From: a virus
Reading direction: 5' to 3' (one strand)
IMG/VR virus record: IMGVR_UViG_3300043436_002028
Location: 4,547 to 68,546 of that record
DNA: 64,000 bases
Shown here: in pieces, positions 19,896 to 32,200 of the stretch
How the letters are laid out: every line of letters begins with the position of its first letter
How positions within the stretch are numbered: the first letter of the stretch is position 1
Position numbers and translations under genes: made by a program
The notes under the pieces: generated by a model
What the model was told of the DNA's origin: nothing
What the model saw: only the letters and a program-made list of their open reading frames with translations
Database searches by the model: none

Positions 19896-20200
19896 TTAGA
19901 ATAACTGGAATTGAGCAAGCTATAAACAAAGTTAAACAATACACTCAGGCTCAAATAGAACTTGAGAAAACAAAGCAAATTACATCTTTAATCCAAGAAC
20001 TCAAAAACGCAACTCCAGTTGATTCTGGTAATGCAAGAGATAATTGGAAAAGAGATGGTGATGCTATTGTGAACGAGGTAGATTATATATCTCACCTTAA
20101 TGAAGGTACTTCACAACAGGCTCCAGCATTTTTTGTTGAGAAGACTGTATTAGCACATAAGGGTGTAAGCCCTAGTGGTATGATTGTGAAAAATATCTGA
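19892..20200 (+). CDS. tail completion protein (HK97 gp10-like)
   Basis: TPVDSGNARDNW...N.V.YI..LNEGTSQQAP..FVE signature. Confidence 0.8.
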   Translation: MIRITGIEQAINKVKQYTQAQIELEKTKQITSLIQELKNATPVDSGNARDNWKRDGDAIVNEVDYISHLNEGTSQQAPAFFVEKTVLAHKGVSPSGMIVKNI

Positions 20201-20204
20201 CACC

Positions 20205-20242
20205 GCCCCGCTAGAGTTAATCTTTAGTGGGGCTTTATTTTT
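20205..20242 (+). terminator. intrinsic terminator-like hairpin
   Basis: GCCCCGCTAGAG-TTAAT-CTTTAGTGGGGC followed by TTTATTTTT. Confidence 0.7.
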
Positions 20243-20253
20243 AGGAGTTCCTA

Positions 20254-23200
20254 ATGTCTGGAGTAAGAATAGATGTTGAAGCAAGGACTTCTAAAGCCGA
20301 ACAAGATCTTGCAAATATAAATCAATCGTTACGTAATATAGAAAAGACTACGGCTAGCACTGGTGCATCTTTGAAGAACATGTTTTCTTCACTGGCAACT
20401 TTAGCTACTGCTGGTCTTGCTGTAAATTATATTAAGAATGTTTCTTCTGAATTTACTAACTTAAGCAACAAAATCGCTTTAGTCACTGGTAGAACTAAAG
20501 AGTTAGCAAGAACACAAGAAGCGTTATTTCAGATCGCTGAAGACACCAGAGGCTCTTTGCAAGGGACTGTAACAACCTTTGCATCGTTCGGCAGAGCCTT
20601 AAAAGAAACTGGCGCATCTACTGAAAGAATTTTAACTGCTACTAAATCAGTTCAACAAGCTATTGCAATATCAGGTTCTAGTGCAGAATCTGCTGCAGCT
20701 GCTTTGGTACAGTTAGGTCAGGGTATCTCATCTGGCACACTTAGAGGTGAAGAATTAAACTCTGTTTTAGAACAGACACCTCGTATTGCTCAGGCTATTG
20801 CTGACGAATTAAACGTAACTACAGGTCGTTTAAGACTGATTGCTGCTGATGGCAAATTAACCTCAGATGTAGTTTTTGGTGCTTTGCTTAATCAAGCTAA
20901 AGCAATTAATAAAGAATTTGAAACTCTAGCACCAACACTTACACAAGCAAACAGTTTGTTAAGTGATTCTATTAGAATTTATGTTAGCGAATTAGATAAG
21001 GGGCTTGGATTTTCTGATGCAATAGGATTAAGTACTTTTAATCTTGCAAAGAGAATAAAGCAAGCTTCTAAAGATGCCTTTGAATTAGGTACTTCTATTG
21101 CCTTTACTTACAATAGAATTACTGGAGGTTTAAAGCTTCTCGGTGCGCCTCTTTTAGGCATATTCCAAGAGCTTGGAAAACAATTTTTACAAATTCTTCC
21201 TACAGTCAGCTTGAGCAGAACTCTGAAAAGAGACTTCCAAGAAGCTACAATGGCTGTAGATCAATTCTCTGGTGGCCTGTTAACTAGGTTTAATAGATTT
21301 AAGTTTATAAATCTTATTACTATTGAATCTGATGTTGAGAAGGCTATTAGACAGCTTAAGAGATTAAGCCCCACCTACTGGGCTGGTGCTGGCTTTAATA
21401 GAGCTACTTTTGAAAGAATTTTTAGTACTCAATATCTTTTAGAAGTTGTTGGAGCATTTCAAGATTTGTATAGTGCTATTGCCGCTAATACAAATGCTAT
21501 TGGTGGTGTACTAACTAAATTCTTTAGATCAGTAGATACTGGCTTTAAGAACTTATCAAGATATTTTGGATTTAGACTAGATACACTCTTTGTGTTTACA
21601 AGAGGTAACTTAGAAAACTTTTTAGGTACTTTGACTGACATTGTAAGAGGTGTCTCTGGTGCTTCTATTAAGTTTTTCGAACTAGGCAAAATTGCAGAAT
21701 ACTATTTAGCACCATCTATCAAAGGGCTTACTACGGCTTTAAAGGATGCAATCCCTAGCTTAATAACAACTATTGGAAATGCCGTTATAGCTTCTTTGAA
21801 AGCTGTTCTTGAATTCATTAAGATAATTGCAACAGTTATCTATGAATTTAATACATCGTTTTCAATTAAAGCTGTTCTTGAAGATAGCTATAAGTCTGTC
21901 ATTAAATTCTTTGATGGCCTTCGTAAGAAAGCTGATTTAGAAGATGTCATAGATTCAATTAGAGACTTTGGCAAAAAAGTTATCAGAGTCTTCTTTGAAA
22001 TTTACGATGCTGTTATTGGAAACTCGTGGTGGACCGATACAGTTGATTCTGTAATCAATACATCTAATACGCTTTGGGATAAAGCTAGCTCAGGTCTTAA
22101 TAAGTTTAAAACAAACACTATTAACATATTTAAGAATGTGTTTGATAGTCGTAGACGACTTAATTTTGATTTTTCAGATATTAAGTCAATCGATTTTTCG
22201 TTTACATCTTTTAAACTTCCCAAATTAACTACTAGAGACTGGGCAGACTCAATTGTTGGCTTTGCTGAAAAGTTTAAAGAAGTCTTTAAAGATACTATTG
22301 AAGCTTTTCCGAATATTGCTAAGTTTGCATTAGTTGGAGCTGCAGGTTTACTTGTCTCGGCTTTGTTTCCAGCAGGTGTAATAAAGAATGTGCTCTTAGC
22401 AGCTATTGTTACATCTCTAGTTACAAGTTCTACTTTAATTGCTGAACAGTTTGGTGCAGCCTTAACTGGTGGTAGCTTTGTATCTGAGGTTGGATACCAG
22501 TTAGGTCGAGCTGCAGGATTCTTTGTTAATACTTTAATTACAGAATTGCCTCAGTTCTTAAATGCATTGCTTGGTATTGTTTCGTCATTTGTACGGGGCT
22601 TTACAGAGCAATTGCCATTTATTGGAGGCCTAATAAAGAGCATTTTTAATGTCGGTGATTTTGTAGGAATTTCTGGACCTCTTGGAATTGTAGGTGCTTT
22701 CCTGTTTGGTGGCTTAGCAGCAAAGACGTTAAAGACTCTTGGCATTGGCAAAGATGCAATTGAGGGTATTGAAGGAATCTTTGGCAAAATAGGTGCAATT
22801 GTAACTGGCAAAGATGATGGAATAATTTCAAAGTACTTGTTTGGAAAGTTTGGTTCTGCAAGAACATTGAGTGTCATAGGCTTGTTGTTAAACAGTCTTG
22901 GCGCCTTTGATGCAATTTTCTCTAATTCTGTGTTAGCACAGTATGCCGTGCAAGGTGGCTTGATTTACACTACCTTATTTGGTCAAGCAGGTGTAAATAA
23001 GATCACTGATGCTGTTGGTAGCAAAATCATTGCTCCTATCTCCGATGCTTTAAAATCTTCTGCAAAAGCTGCAACTGCAAATACAAGTCTTTATGACATT
23101 TTCTTTGGTGCTACTGGTACTTGGGCTGATAGAGCTTCTGTAGCATTAAAGTCAGTTATCGATAAGATAAGTGGTAAGATTGTAGATGCTGCGACCCCAT

Positions 23201-26200
23201 TTGTTGAAAAAGGCTTTGATTTTGTTAAGACATTACTGTTAGGCACAAAACCAGAAGTTACTGCTACAGCAGTTAAGAAACAAGTAGCTGCTGTTGCTGC
23301 ATCAGCCGTAATACAACTGGAAATCCTTAAGCAAAAGCTTTCTAGTTTGGACTTAGGGTCATTTTTCGGTGGTTTTGGAGGTAGAGGTGCATCTAAGGTT
23401 TCGGATGCTGTAAAGCAGGCTTCTGCTACTGTAGTGGGCGAGGCTGGCAAACTTTCCGGCATTGCAGGTCGAATCGGCGGTGAAACTGGTCTCTTAGGTA
23501 GACTTTTCTTTGGAAGAGCTGGAAAAGTAGCCTTAGTTGCAGGTATTTTAACAGTATTTGCAACAGCTGCTTCAGCTTCTGAGAAAACTGCATCTGCATT
23601 AAGAGAGCAAAGCGTCTTTCAAGATATTGTTGATAATTGGAATAAATTAAAGTTAGAAAACCCAATAGCTGCAGTTGCGTTACAAATCTTAGGTGTTTCC
23701 ATACCTTTGATTATTGGTGGTTTAATATTCTTTAGAGCGCAAGTTGCAACATTGATTGGCTCTGCTTTTAATGTAAGTGCTATTAAAACCTGGGCTACGA
23801 CTACAGTTTCTAGCATCGGAACAGTAGCAAAGAGTTTAAAGAATGTTGGTATTATTGGTGGTGCAGGTGCATTAGCTGGCGGTCTTACATACGGCTTAAC
23901 ACAAGATGTTGGCATTGCCATAGCTGCTGCGACTTTTGCTGCAGAACTTGCCTTAATCTTTAGAAAGAAAATTGCAGCCGCCTTAGTATCAGCCTTCCAA
24001 TTTGTTTTTGTTAAACTTGGTGGTGCAATTCTAGGATTTGTATTCTCAATCAAAGGTGCAATTATCTTATTGCTAACCGGAGCAATTACTGCATTTGTTG
24101 ATTGGTTCTTTGGTTTGGACTTAGCAAGTAGAGTAAAGAATACTGTTAACAGGATTAAATCTTCGTTAGGCTTTAAAACAGAAGAGACTTCTAAAACTAC
24201 TGGATTAAGCGCTGAATCTGAAAAGTTTGCAAGAAGTCGAAACCTTGGGCTTAGCTATTCTATCGAAGATATCAACTTTGGTAATATTTCAAAGACAGAT
24301 AGAGAACGTCTAGAAAAGGCGGTAGGCAAACTTGAAGAAACTATTAAACAGTCTATAGATGAAGAAGAAACAACTGGACGTGTTTCTCAAGATACTAGAG
24401 ACTCGATAAAAGCTCTTGACAAGAGTCTTAATAATTTAATTCCTAGAATTGAGGCAAGATCAGCATTTAATACTGCTGACTTTGCTAAACAACTTCAAGA
24501 CTTAAGGAATTTAACACCTGAAAGCCCTGCTCAAAGAATTGCAACTGGAGCTAGACAACTTGGATTAGATATTGCTTTCGGTATTAATGAAAGACTACTT
24601 AAAGCAAGACAAACATTTGCAACTACTAGAGAAGGTCGTTTAAGTGCTACTGAAGACCTTGACAGACTAAGGGCTGAAAGAGGTACAAGGTTTAGTGCTA
24701 GATTCAGACCTCTGGATGCTACTGCCGAAGATATTGCTAAACTTGCTTCCAAAGTAAAAGATTTAGAAGCACCTGATGCAGATCTTGCCAAGCAAATTGG
24801 TATTCTTCAGCAGAAATACCTTCAGGCTTTTAAAGCTGTTGCTGATGCTGAAACAAGTATTTTTGGTGGATTTAAGCCTCTTGCACCAACAGATCAAAGA
24901 GTTGTACTTAGAGATTTGTTAGGCGAACAACTTAGAAATTCCTTCTTGAAGCAGATTGGTATCGATCAAGCTAATAAAGACATTAAGGAATTCCAAGGGC
25001 GTCTCACGACAGTAGCGTCTAATCTTAAAGGTATTGGTATTGACTTTAAGACAGATGAGTTGTTTGCAATAGATGATGAATCTTTTAAAGGCATTGAAAG
25101 GTTGAGTCGCAATGCAAAAGACTTAGCTGAACAGCTTAAGAATACTAAAACGGTTGCTGAACAAAATCAGATTATTTATAGAATAACTGAGATTCGTACT
25201 CAAATTCTTGAATTCAAATTAAGATCAGAAGAAGGTGGTCCTAATCGTAAGCAGTTCTTGCTTAAGCAACGATTAGAGCAGGCCGGTATCGGTATCTTTA
25301 ATGAAAATACTCTAAAAGGCTTAAGCGACGATGCTTCTGAAAATTTATTTAAGCTTGCTAATGATGTTGTTCTTCTTGAAGACCAGCTAAAACGTAAGTT
25401 ACCTGGACCTATGCAGTCATTAAAACCAGGAGATGATTCCTGGTTAGATAGTTTCAGGCGCTCACTTGGTGGTAAGGCTGTCAGTAAGGAGCAACAAGAA
25501 GCTATAGATAATTATGAAGAAGGTCGAAAAAGACTGCAGTCTAAGATAAAAGAACTTCGTGATGGTGTTATTGCATCTGCAAAGAATGCTTCCACTACCG
25601 CAATCCCAGTTCTACAAGACTTGGCAGGAAGTCTTGGCTTAGATTTTAATGAAATTGTTAAAACTAAGGGCTTTGACAAAGCCTCGGCTGGTATTAACCA
25701 GTTATTGTCACTTAATGACAAATTACAAACAGCAATTCAAAATAATTCTAGAGGCCAAGTACAGAGCATTACTAAACAGATTGAATTTCTTAAAGAAGAT
25801 CTTCAAGAAGCTCCAAAGACTCTGCAAGATTTAATTTCGGCAATATCGGGATTAGGTCGATCTTTTGCGCTTGAAGATTTGGGTTTACTAAAACCTGATC
25901 AATTTAAAGAGCTTCAAGATGTTGGTGGTACGCTAAATGCTATTGATAAAACAATACGCAGACTTGGACCTACTGCTAGTAAAGTTCAGATAGATGCAAT
26001 TTTAACTCGTAAATTAAATGCATCTAGAAAAGCATTTGAGATTTATTTACAAACATTATATTCTACTGGTGAAAAGACTTTAGAAGGCTTATCTAGAGTT
26101 GGATTAAGTGATGCTTTTGAAATTTCATTATTCTCTGAAGCTCAGCTTAAACAGTTCCTTTCAATAGACACTCAAATTCTCAAAATTAAAGAGCAGTTAA

Positions 26201-28083
26201 AAGATCCTGCTAATTCTGAAAGATTTGGAGAAATTCTAGAAAACTTAGCCAACGCAACAAGACAAGCAGAAAAGCTTAAGAAGTCTTTAGGTAATTTTGA
26301 TGTTCGCTTAGAGGCTATTAATAAAGCATTTGGTCTTAATTTAACCGAAAGTGAAGCTGCTAGATTAAGTCAAAGTTTATTAATTGAACTATCAGCAGAA
26401 GCTCAAACAGCTTTAGATAACATTGCCGATCTTAAGAAACTGCCTTTGTTTGCAAAAGCACCAGTAGCTACTCAACAGAATGTAACTTCAACAGCGCCTG
26501 CTGAAACCGATGTTACAACTTTAGACGGTATTACTATAACAGGTAGAGCATTTTCTGCTATTGCAGAACTTTCTAAAGCATTTGATGCACTTAGAAATAA
26601 GTCTAACCTAGTTGCTAAGAGAAGTGAAATTCTTGCTGTCAAAACTCAAGAGAGCGTTGCTGAACTTGCATTGATGCCTCTTGATACTCTTGTATCTAAA
26701 ATTACAGATGCATTTCCTGCATTAGGTGATTTTAAAGATACTTTAGGTAGATTGACAAGAACTCAGCTTGATGCCTTAGGCTTGTTGGCGATAGATGTTG
26801 AAGCTACAAGACGTAGAGTTAATTTGGGATTAGCAACTCCTGCTGAATTAGCTGCAGCTCAACGCAAAGGTACAACTGAAGGTCAAGGTGCTATTGAAGG
26901 TATTAGTTTTGGTGCTGGCCTCACTAGTCGTTTAAAGACTGTTGGTATAGACTTTGAAAAAGAAGCATTTAATCTTGTAAGCACTGCAAACAAGAATGTT
27001 ATTGAGAATCTTACTACACAGTTAGAAACAGCTATTGCAAATAGAGACTTAGTCCTAGCAACTCCAGGTGCTACAGATGCTTCAAGAATAGCAGCACAAA
27101 ATCTTGTTAATGATCAGCGTGAATTATTATCCAATGCAATTATTGGAGCTACGGTTGATATTCGTAAGATAACAAGAGATGCTGGTAAAGAATTTGCTTC
27201 TTCTATTACTAGCTCTTGGACATCTGCTCTTACTGAGTATATTGGTGGTAAGACAACTTGGAAGGAGTTTACAAACTCTATTTTAACAACGTTTACTGAT
27301 CAAGTTATCAAAACGTTTGTTGAAGGTTTGATGCAACCTTTTACTGGTGAAAATGGATTTATTACTACTTCATTAAGATCATTAGGTAGTAACATTTTCT
27401 CAGCATTTAAGGGTGGTAAAGATCAGACTGGCATGAGTCTTTCTCAAGCTACTCCAGAAGGTGGTGAAGGTGGTATTTTAGACGGATTGTCTACAATATT
27501 TGCGCCTTTGACTGGATTCTTTGGATCAATCCTAACAGGCATTGGTAATCTTTTTGGAGTAACTGTTACTCAAGTAAGTGCAGCTGAGCTTGAAAAAGCT
27601 TATTATGGCGGCTGGTTTTCTGCTATAAACGCAACATTAGTAACTCTTTTAGGTACTATAAATACAACATTAGGCGCAATTCTGGCAAGAGTCAGCTTAG
27701 ATAACCCTGCTTTTGCAACGGGCGGTCTTGTAAGCGGTCCTGGTTCAGGCACTTCTGATTCGATATTGGCTAGAATATCTAATGGTGAATATGTTATCAA
27801 TGCAGAGTCTTCTAGGAAGTTTAGACCATTATTAGATGCTATTAATAGTGATAAGTTAAAATCATTTGCTTCTGGTGGTTTAGTTGCATCTAGCTTAATG
27901 ACAGCTCCTGCAATGGCAGATATTAAAGCTGTTAAAGGTTCTCAAGAGTCTAGCTCACAAGTTATTAATATTTCAATAACTGGTGATATATCTAGACAAA
28001 CCCGTTCGGAGATTTACAAAATGCTTCCCTCTATTGCGGAAGGTGTAAATTTGCACAACAAGGAAAAAGGTAATCGAGGATAA
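20254..28083 (+). CDS. tape measure protein
   Basis: 2609 aa; N-terminal AALVQLGQGISSGTLRGEELNSVLEQ.P; central hydrophobic helices; C-terminal FATGG.VSGPGSGTSDSI.A..SNGEYV. Confidence 0.95.
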   Translation: MSGVRIDVEARTSKAEQDLANINQSLRNIEKTTASTGASLKNMFSSLATLATAGLAVNYIKNVSSEFTNLSNKIALVTGRTKELARTQEALFQIAEDTRGSLQGTVTTFASFGRALKETGASTERILTATKSVQQAIAISGSSAESAAAALVQLGQGISSGTLRGEELNSVLEQTPRIAQAIADELNVTTGRLRLIAADGKLTSDVVFGALLNQAKAINKEFETLAPTLTQANSLLSDSIRIYVSELDKGLGFSDAIGLSTFNLAKRIKQASKDAFELGTSIAFTYNRITGGLKLLGAPLLGIFQELGKQFLQILPTVSLSRTLKRDFQEATMAVDQFSGGLLTRFNRFKFINLITIESDVEKAIRQLKRLSPTYWAGAGFNRATFERIFSTQYLLEVVGAFQDLYSAIAANTNAIGGVLTKFFRSVDTGFKNLSRYFGFRLDTLFVFTRGNLENFLGTLTDIVRGVSGASIKFFELGKIAEYYLAPSIKGLTTALKDAIPSLITTIGNAVIASLKAVLEFIKIIATVIYEFNTSFSIKAVLEDSYKSVIKFFDGLRKKADLEDVIDSIRDFGKKVIRVFFEIYDAVIGNSWWTDTVDSVINTSNTLWDKASSGLNKFKTNTINIFKNVFDSRRRLNFDFSDIKSIDFSFTSFKLPKLTTRDWADSIVGFAEKFKEVFKDTIEAFPNIAKFALVGAAGLLVSALFPAGVIKNVLLAAIVTSLVTSSTLIAEQFGAALTGGSFVSEVGYQLGRAAGFFVNTLITELPQFLNALLGIVSSFVRGFTEQLPFIGGLIKSIFNVGDFVGISGPLGIVGAFLFGGLAAKTLKTLGIGKDAIEGIEGIFGKIGAIVTGKDDGIISKYLFGKFGSARTLSVIGLLLNSLGAFDAIFSNSVLAQYAVQGGLIYTTLFGQAGVNKITDAVGSKIIAPISDALKSSAKAATANTSLYDIFFGATGTWADRASVALKSVIDKISGKIVDAATPFVEKGFDFVKTLLLGTKPEVTATAVKKQVAAVAASAVIQLEILKQKLSSLDLGSFFGGFGGRGASKVSDAVKQASATVVGEAGKLSGIAGRIGGETGLLGRLFFGRAGKVALVAGILTVFATAASASEKTASALREQSVFQDIVDNWNKLKLENPIAAVALQILGVSIPLIIGGLIFFRAQVATLIGSAFNVSAIKTWATTTVSSIGTVAKSLKNVGIIGGAGALAGGLTYGLTQDVGIAIAAATFAAELALIFRKKIAAALVSAFQFVFVKLGGAILGFVFSIKGAIILLLTGAITAFVDWFFGLDLASRVKNTVNRIKSSLGFKTEETSKTTGLSAESEKFARSRNLGLSYSIEDINFGNISKTDRERLEKAVGKLEETIKQSIDEEETTGRVSQDTRDSIKALDKSLNNLIPRIEARSAFNTADFAKQLQDLRNLTPESPAQRIATGARQLGLDIAFGINERLLKARQTFATTREGRLSATEDLDRLRAERGTRFSARFRPLDATAEDIAKLASKVKDLEAPDADLAKQIGILQQKYLQAFKAVADAETSIFGGFKPLAPTDQRVVLRDLLGEQLRNSFLKQIGIDQANKDIKEFQGRLTTVASNLKGIGIDFKTDELFAIDDESFKGIERLSRNAKDLAEQLKNTKTVAEQNQIIYRITEIRTQILEFKLRSEEGGPNRKQFLLKQRLEQAGIGIFNENTLKGLSDDASENLFKLANDVVLLEDQLKRKLPGPMQSLKPGDDSWLDSFRRSLGGKAVSKEQQEAIDNYEEGRKRLQSKIKELRDGVIASAKNASTTAIPVLQDLAGSLGLDFNEIVKTKGFDKASAGINQLLSLNDKLQTAIQNNSRGQVQSITKQIEFLKEDLQEAPKTLQDLISAISGLGRSFALEDLGLLKPDQFKELQDVGGTLNAIDKTIRRLGPTASKVQIDAILTRKLNASRKAFEIYLQTLYSTGEKTLEGLSRVGLSDAFEISLFSEAQLKQFLSIDTQILKIKEQLKDPANSERFGEILENLANATRQAEKLKKSLGNFDVRLEAINKAFGLNLTESEAARLSQSLLIELSAEAQTALDNIADLKKLPLFAKAPVATQQNVTSTAPAETDVTTLDGITITGRAFSAIAELSKAFDALRNKSNLVAKRSEILAVKTQESVAELALMPLDTLVSKITDAFPALGDFKDTLGRLTRTQLDALGLLAIDVEATRRRVNLGLATPAELAAAQRKGTTEGQGAIEGISFGAGLTSRLKTVGIDFEKEAFNLVSTANKNVIENLTTQLETAIANRDLVLATPGATDASRIAAQNLVNDQRELLSNAIIGATVDIRKITRDAGKEFASSITSSWTSALTEYIGGKTTWKEFTNSILTTFTDQVIKTFVEGLMQPFTGENGFITTSLRSLGSNIFSAFKGGKDQTGMSLSQATPEGGEGGILDGLSTIFAPLTGFFGSILTGIGNLFGVTVTQVSAAELEKAYYGGWFSAINATLVTLLGTINTTLGAILARVSLDNPAFATGGLVSGPGSGTSDSILARISNGEYVINAESSRKFRPLLDAINSDKLKSFASGGLVASSLMTAPAMADIKAVKGSQESSSQVINISITGDISRQTRSEIYKMLPSIAEGVNLHNKEKGNRG

Positions 28084-28085
28084 TT

Positions 28086-28691
28086 ATGTACGGTATCTAT
28101 GAAGACGGAAAGGTCATTGCTCAATTTGTGGCTCCACTATCTGTGGTTAGCAATGTTCCAGTTTTCGTCTCAGATACCCTTTCCTTAAAAAGATTTGTTA
28201 GCAAGAGACCGGCTCAACGTTGGGAAATAGAATCCGGCGTTGAGCCTTTCTCGAATAATGCTCAAAACCTAATGGTAAATCTTATAACGAAGGGGTCATC
28301 TGAGGCGGTCAATGTAATAATGCCACAAAACTACGGTTCTGCATTTAATAGAGTAGCTACTGGTATTGGCACTGTTCGTGGAACAGCAGCTGCAGGCTCT
28401 ACTCAAATTACTTTAACAGTTAGTGGTTTTTCAAGAATTAATATACCTAAAGGTACATTTATTAAGTTTCAAAATCAGTCTAAAATTTACATGACAGTAA
28501 ATGATATGACCGGATCAGGAACTTTAAACATCTTTCCAGAGTTAAGAACCGCTATTACTAGTGTAGATATGGCTTGGCAAGATGATGTCTTAGGTACATT
28601 TTACTATGACACTGATGTAGTAAAAGGCATGCAGTATATTGATGGCATCTTAATGTCAATTGAGAATGTTAAATTAGTGGAGAAACTATGA
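28086..28691 (+). CDS. distal tail protein
   Basis: Follows TMP; S.SLKR......QRWE and G.FIKF....K.YM......L.IFP.LR pattern. Confidence 0.7.
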   Translation: MYGIYEDGKVIAQFVAPLSVVSNVPVFVSDTLSLKRFVSKRPAQRWEIESGVEPFSNNAQNLMVNLITKGSSEAVNVIMPQNYGSAFNRVATGIGTVRGTAAAGSTQITLTVSGFSRINIPKGTFIKFQNQSKIYMTVNDMTGSGTLNIFPELRTAITSVDMAWQDDVLGTFYYDTDVVKGMQYIDGILMSIENVKLVEKL

Positions 28692-29257
28692 TTCAATTTA
28701 ATCAAGTAATCCAAAACATTATATCTCAACCAACAGTAGAGTTATTCTATTTAGTTAATATCGATGGTTATAAGGTAACTAATTATTTTAGAAATATTAC
28801 TCTTTCTAATGGAGAGGTTTATGAAGCTAATGGTAGGTTGCTTCAAGTGGATCCTCCACAGTTAAGTAGTACTGTTGATAGAGAATTATACAAAATAACT
28901 TTTGCTGACCCTGACTTTTACTTTGGTCAAGAAGCGCCTGTTAGTGTTGTTGGAAAACCGGTTACTGTCAGGGTTGGCTTTATAAACCCTACTACAAAGT
29001 TTCCAGTTACCGAAATTGAAAACACTGTAATTATTTATAAAGGTGCTGTTGATGGCACTTCTTATAGTGTTGATACAGAAAATACAGGCGAATCTATATG
29101 GCTTGTAACTTGTGCAAGTCCTATGAACGATCTTGAAATGGTAAGAGCTATGTATACTTCAAAAGATTCAGTTAGGCTAGTTTCTCCAGGAGATAACAGC
29201 TTTGACCAAATCTATGAAGGAGGTGGCGAAGTTGAATTAAAGTGGGGTAGAGGATGA
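28688..29257 (+). CDS. tail tip/hub protein
   Basis: Synteny; C-terminal P.D..F.......LKWG pattern. Confidence 0.65.
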   Translation: MIQFNQVIQNIISQPTVELFYLVNIDGYKVTNYFRNITLSNGEVYEANGRLLQVDPPQLSSTVDRELYKITFADPDFYFGQEAPVSVVGKPVTVRVGFINPTTKFPVTEIENTVIIYKGAVDGTSYSVDTENTGESIWLVTCASPMNDLEMVRAMYTSKDSVRLVSPGDNSFDQIYEGGGEVELKWGRG

Positions 29258-32200
29258 TTACAACAGTTATTGCTTGGGTTATTGCAAACCCTTGGACAGC
29301 TGCTTTTATTATTGCATCAACTAGCTATTCGATTATTCAAGCTAAAAAGATGCGAAAAGCAATGCGTGACTCAGCAGAAGCTAGAAAGGGTTACGAGGTC
29401 GTTACTACAGGCGATGTTCAACCAATTCCTATTGTATATGGTAGGGCTAAAATTGGCGGTACTCGTGTTTGGCATAATACAAAAGGATCTCATGAAGTTC
29501 CTCAAGGTTTTGTACCAAATGCAAATAAAGTATTTGATGTTGGAGCTAATCCTGTAGATGAAAGAACTATTACATATGAAGAGTATGATCCTGAGTATGG
29601 GTACTCAACTCTTACCAAGACAATACCTCCATCTTCGGCAGGAAATTTAGGAATAACAATACCAGGCTCAAAGAATGAGTTTTTGTATTTTCAACAAGTT
29701 CTCTGTCACGGTCCAATAAACAAAGTTGTAGATTTTGTAGTTGATGAATCCAGGTTTAGCAATGATCCTGACTTAGGTAAAATTGAAGGAAGCCAGATTA
29801 GTTCTAACACAGTAAAAGCTGGTTTTAGAACTGAAGTTCATTATGATGGTAGCGTAGCAAACCTCTTGGTCTCCTACAATTTTGGAGAACGACAGACTGC
29901 TAAATTTCCTGGACTTGCATACGCATCTACAGCAATTCGTCTGAACAGAGACGATCCACAGTTCCAAGGCCAAGTGCCTATGGTTCAATACTTTATTGAG
30001 GGCAGAAAAGTTAGAACTGTTTCTAACGGTGTTCTGAATAATACAAGAGTTTATACAAATAATCCTGCATGGTGTTTGTTAGATTATTTACTAGAAAATT
30101 CAGACAGACTTTATGAAGGTAAGAAGCTTTTTGAAGTCGGTAAAGGTTTAGCCTTAGATCAAATTGATTTATTGTCTTTCGAACAAGCGGCTGCCATATG
30201 TAATCAAACTGTAATATCTAGCGTACCTACTTATGGTAACGTTTGGAATTCAGTAGATAACTCTACAATTACAACAACACGATCTGTACCTCTTTATGAG
30301 TGCAATATGATTGTTGACGTTGAAAAGCCAATCAGAGAAAATATTGAAGCTATTCTTGCTTGTATGGGTGATGCTAGATTAGTATGGTCTGGAGGTAAAT
30401 ACAAACTATCCTTACAATACCCAAATTCTAATGCATCTGTTTCATTAGCAACTACAATTACTGACGATGACCTTATTCAAGGCTCAAAGTTTGAACTTGT
30501 TTGGCCTACATCTAGTGAAAGACTGAACAACGCTACAGTTAGATTTCACAATGAAGCTGAGAACTTTAAAGAAGACTCTGTAAGTTGGCCTCCAAAACAA
30601 TCTGCTCAGTACTTTAAAGGTATTGGTGGTAAAAGGTATGCTAATTCCGAAAATACTGACGGTGCTTTACTCTCATCTTATGGTGTTTGGCAGGGTGGCA
30701 CATATAATCCGCCGCCTTTTAACTGGAAATTTATTGCTAAAGCAACTGGTGCACATGTTTTACAGTTCCAAGTTGACAATTACGGCTCAATCAGTATAAC
30801 AAACAATAGTACAGGCGCTTCTGTATTTTCAAGCAGTTTCAGTGGAGCTAGTACGGTTCATGTTAGAAATAATATCAACTTAGTTGAAAATCAAGTTTAC
30901 TCGGTTGTAATTACTGCTGTAAATACAGGTGGCCCTGGTGGTGTTGCTGCAAGGCTTTCAAAAGATAATTTTATTTACTGGAGCACAAAAGATCCTGCAT
31001 ATGAAGCATTTACGCTTGTAAATGTAAGCGATGCAGTGTACCAGTCAATGCTTACAGAAGACTCCGGATTAAAACTTGAAACAACAATGTTTTATGATGG
31101 GTGTACAGACTATTATCATGCGCTTGCAAAAGCTGAAGAGCTTGTAAGAACAAGTCGTAGTGCAATTTCTGTATCCTTTGAATATTTAGTAAAAGATAAG
31201 TTTCTAGAGCCTGGTGATTTTATCAAAATAGAATCGCCTAGTTTAAACTTAGGTGATGAAGACTTTTATGTTAGAGTTGCTGAAGTTAAACTTAGTGAAA
31301 CAGGAACTTGTGAAGTTAAAGGTTCTAGATTTGATTATACTCAATTAGCTTGGAATGTAAATGACAACGAGTATACAACTCCACCTAACATATTTGGTTT
31401 TAGAGTTCCAGCACCTAGACAAATTATCTATGTGCCTATTCAAAATATAGGTGATTCGACCTCTATAGGTGAATTGCAGTGGACTCCAGTTGACTTTGAT
31501 TCCTTCGCTGGTTATGTTGTATATTACAACACTTTTGATAATTATGACTCTAATGGTCTACCTATCTTTATTGAATTGGGTAGAACTGTTGCAAGTAATT
31601 TTGTCTTACCTGCATTAAATATTGACTCAGCTGTTTTTGCAGTAAGGGCTGTTTCAAAGTCTAACAGATATTCTAAATACGTAACTACAGGTAATACCGC
31701 TGTAAGAATTCCAAAGATTTTTCCTAGAGCTGTTGAAGTTACAGCACCCTCGTTATTCTTTATTCAGAGAGCAAACTCAATTAATTTTGTTTCAAATCAA
31801 ATTACATTAACCACAACAATCAAAAACTATCTTGAACCGCAGTATCGTTGGTTTGTAGATAATACTTTAATTGTTGGTGCAACATCAGACTCATTAACAA
31901 TAAACTCATTTGCAACAGGATTAAGTAAAAGATATCGAGTTGAGGTTTATGAGGCTTCTAACGAAGAAACACAAGCTGAAGACTTTGTTACTATTTACTC
32001 AATTCAAGAAGGCTCAAGTGGCTATACAGTGCTACTGTCCAACGAATCGAGACAAATTATAGCTAATTATGAAGGTCTTGTTGCTCCAAATCAATTTCCT
32101 TATCAAATTCAAGTAACTGTACTGAGAGGTACTGAAAACGTAACTGCTGGTGCAACAATTAGTTTAGGCACACTGACAGGTATTTCAGCAACATTATCTT

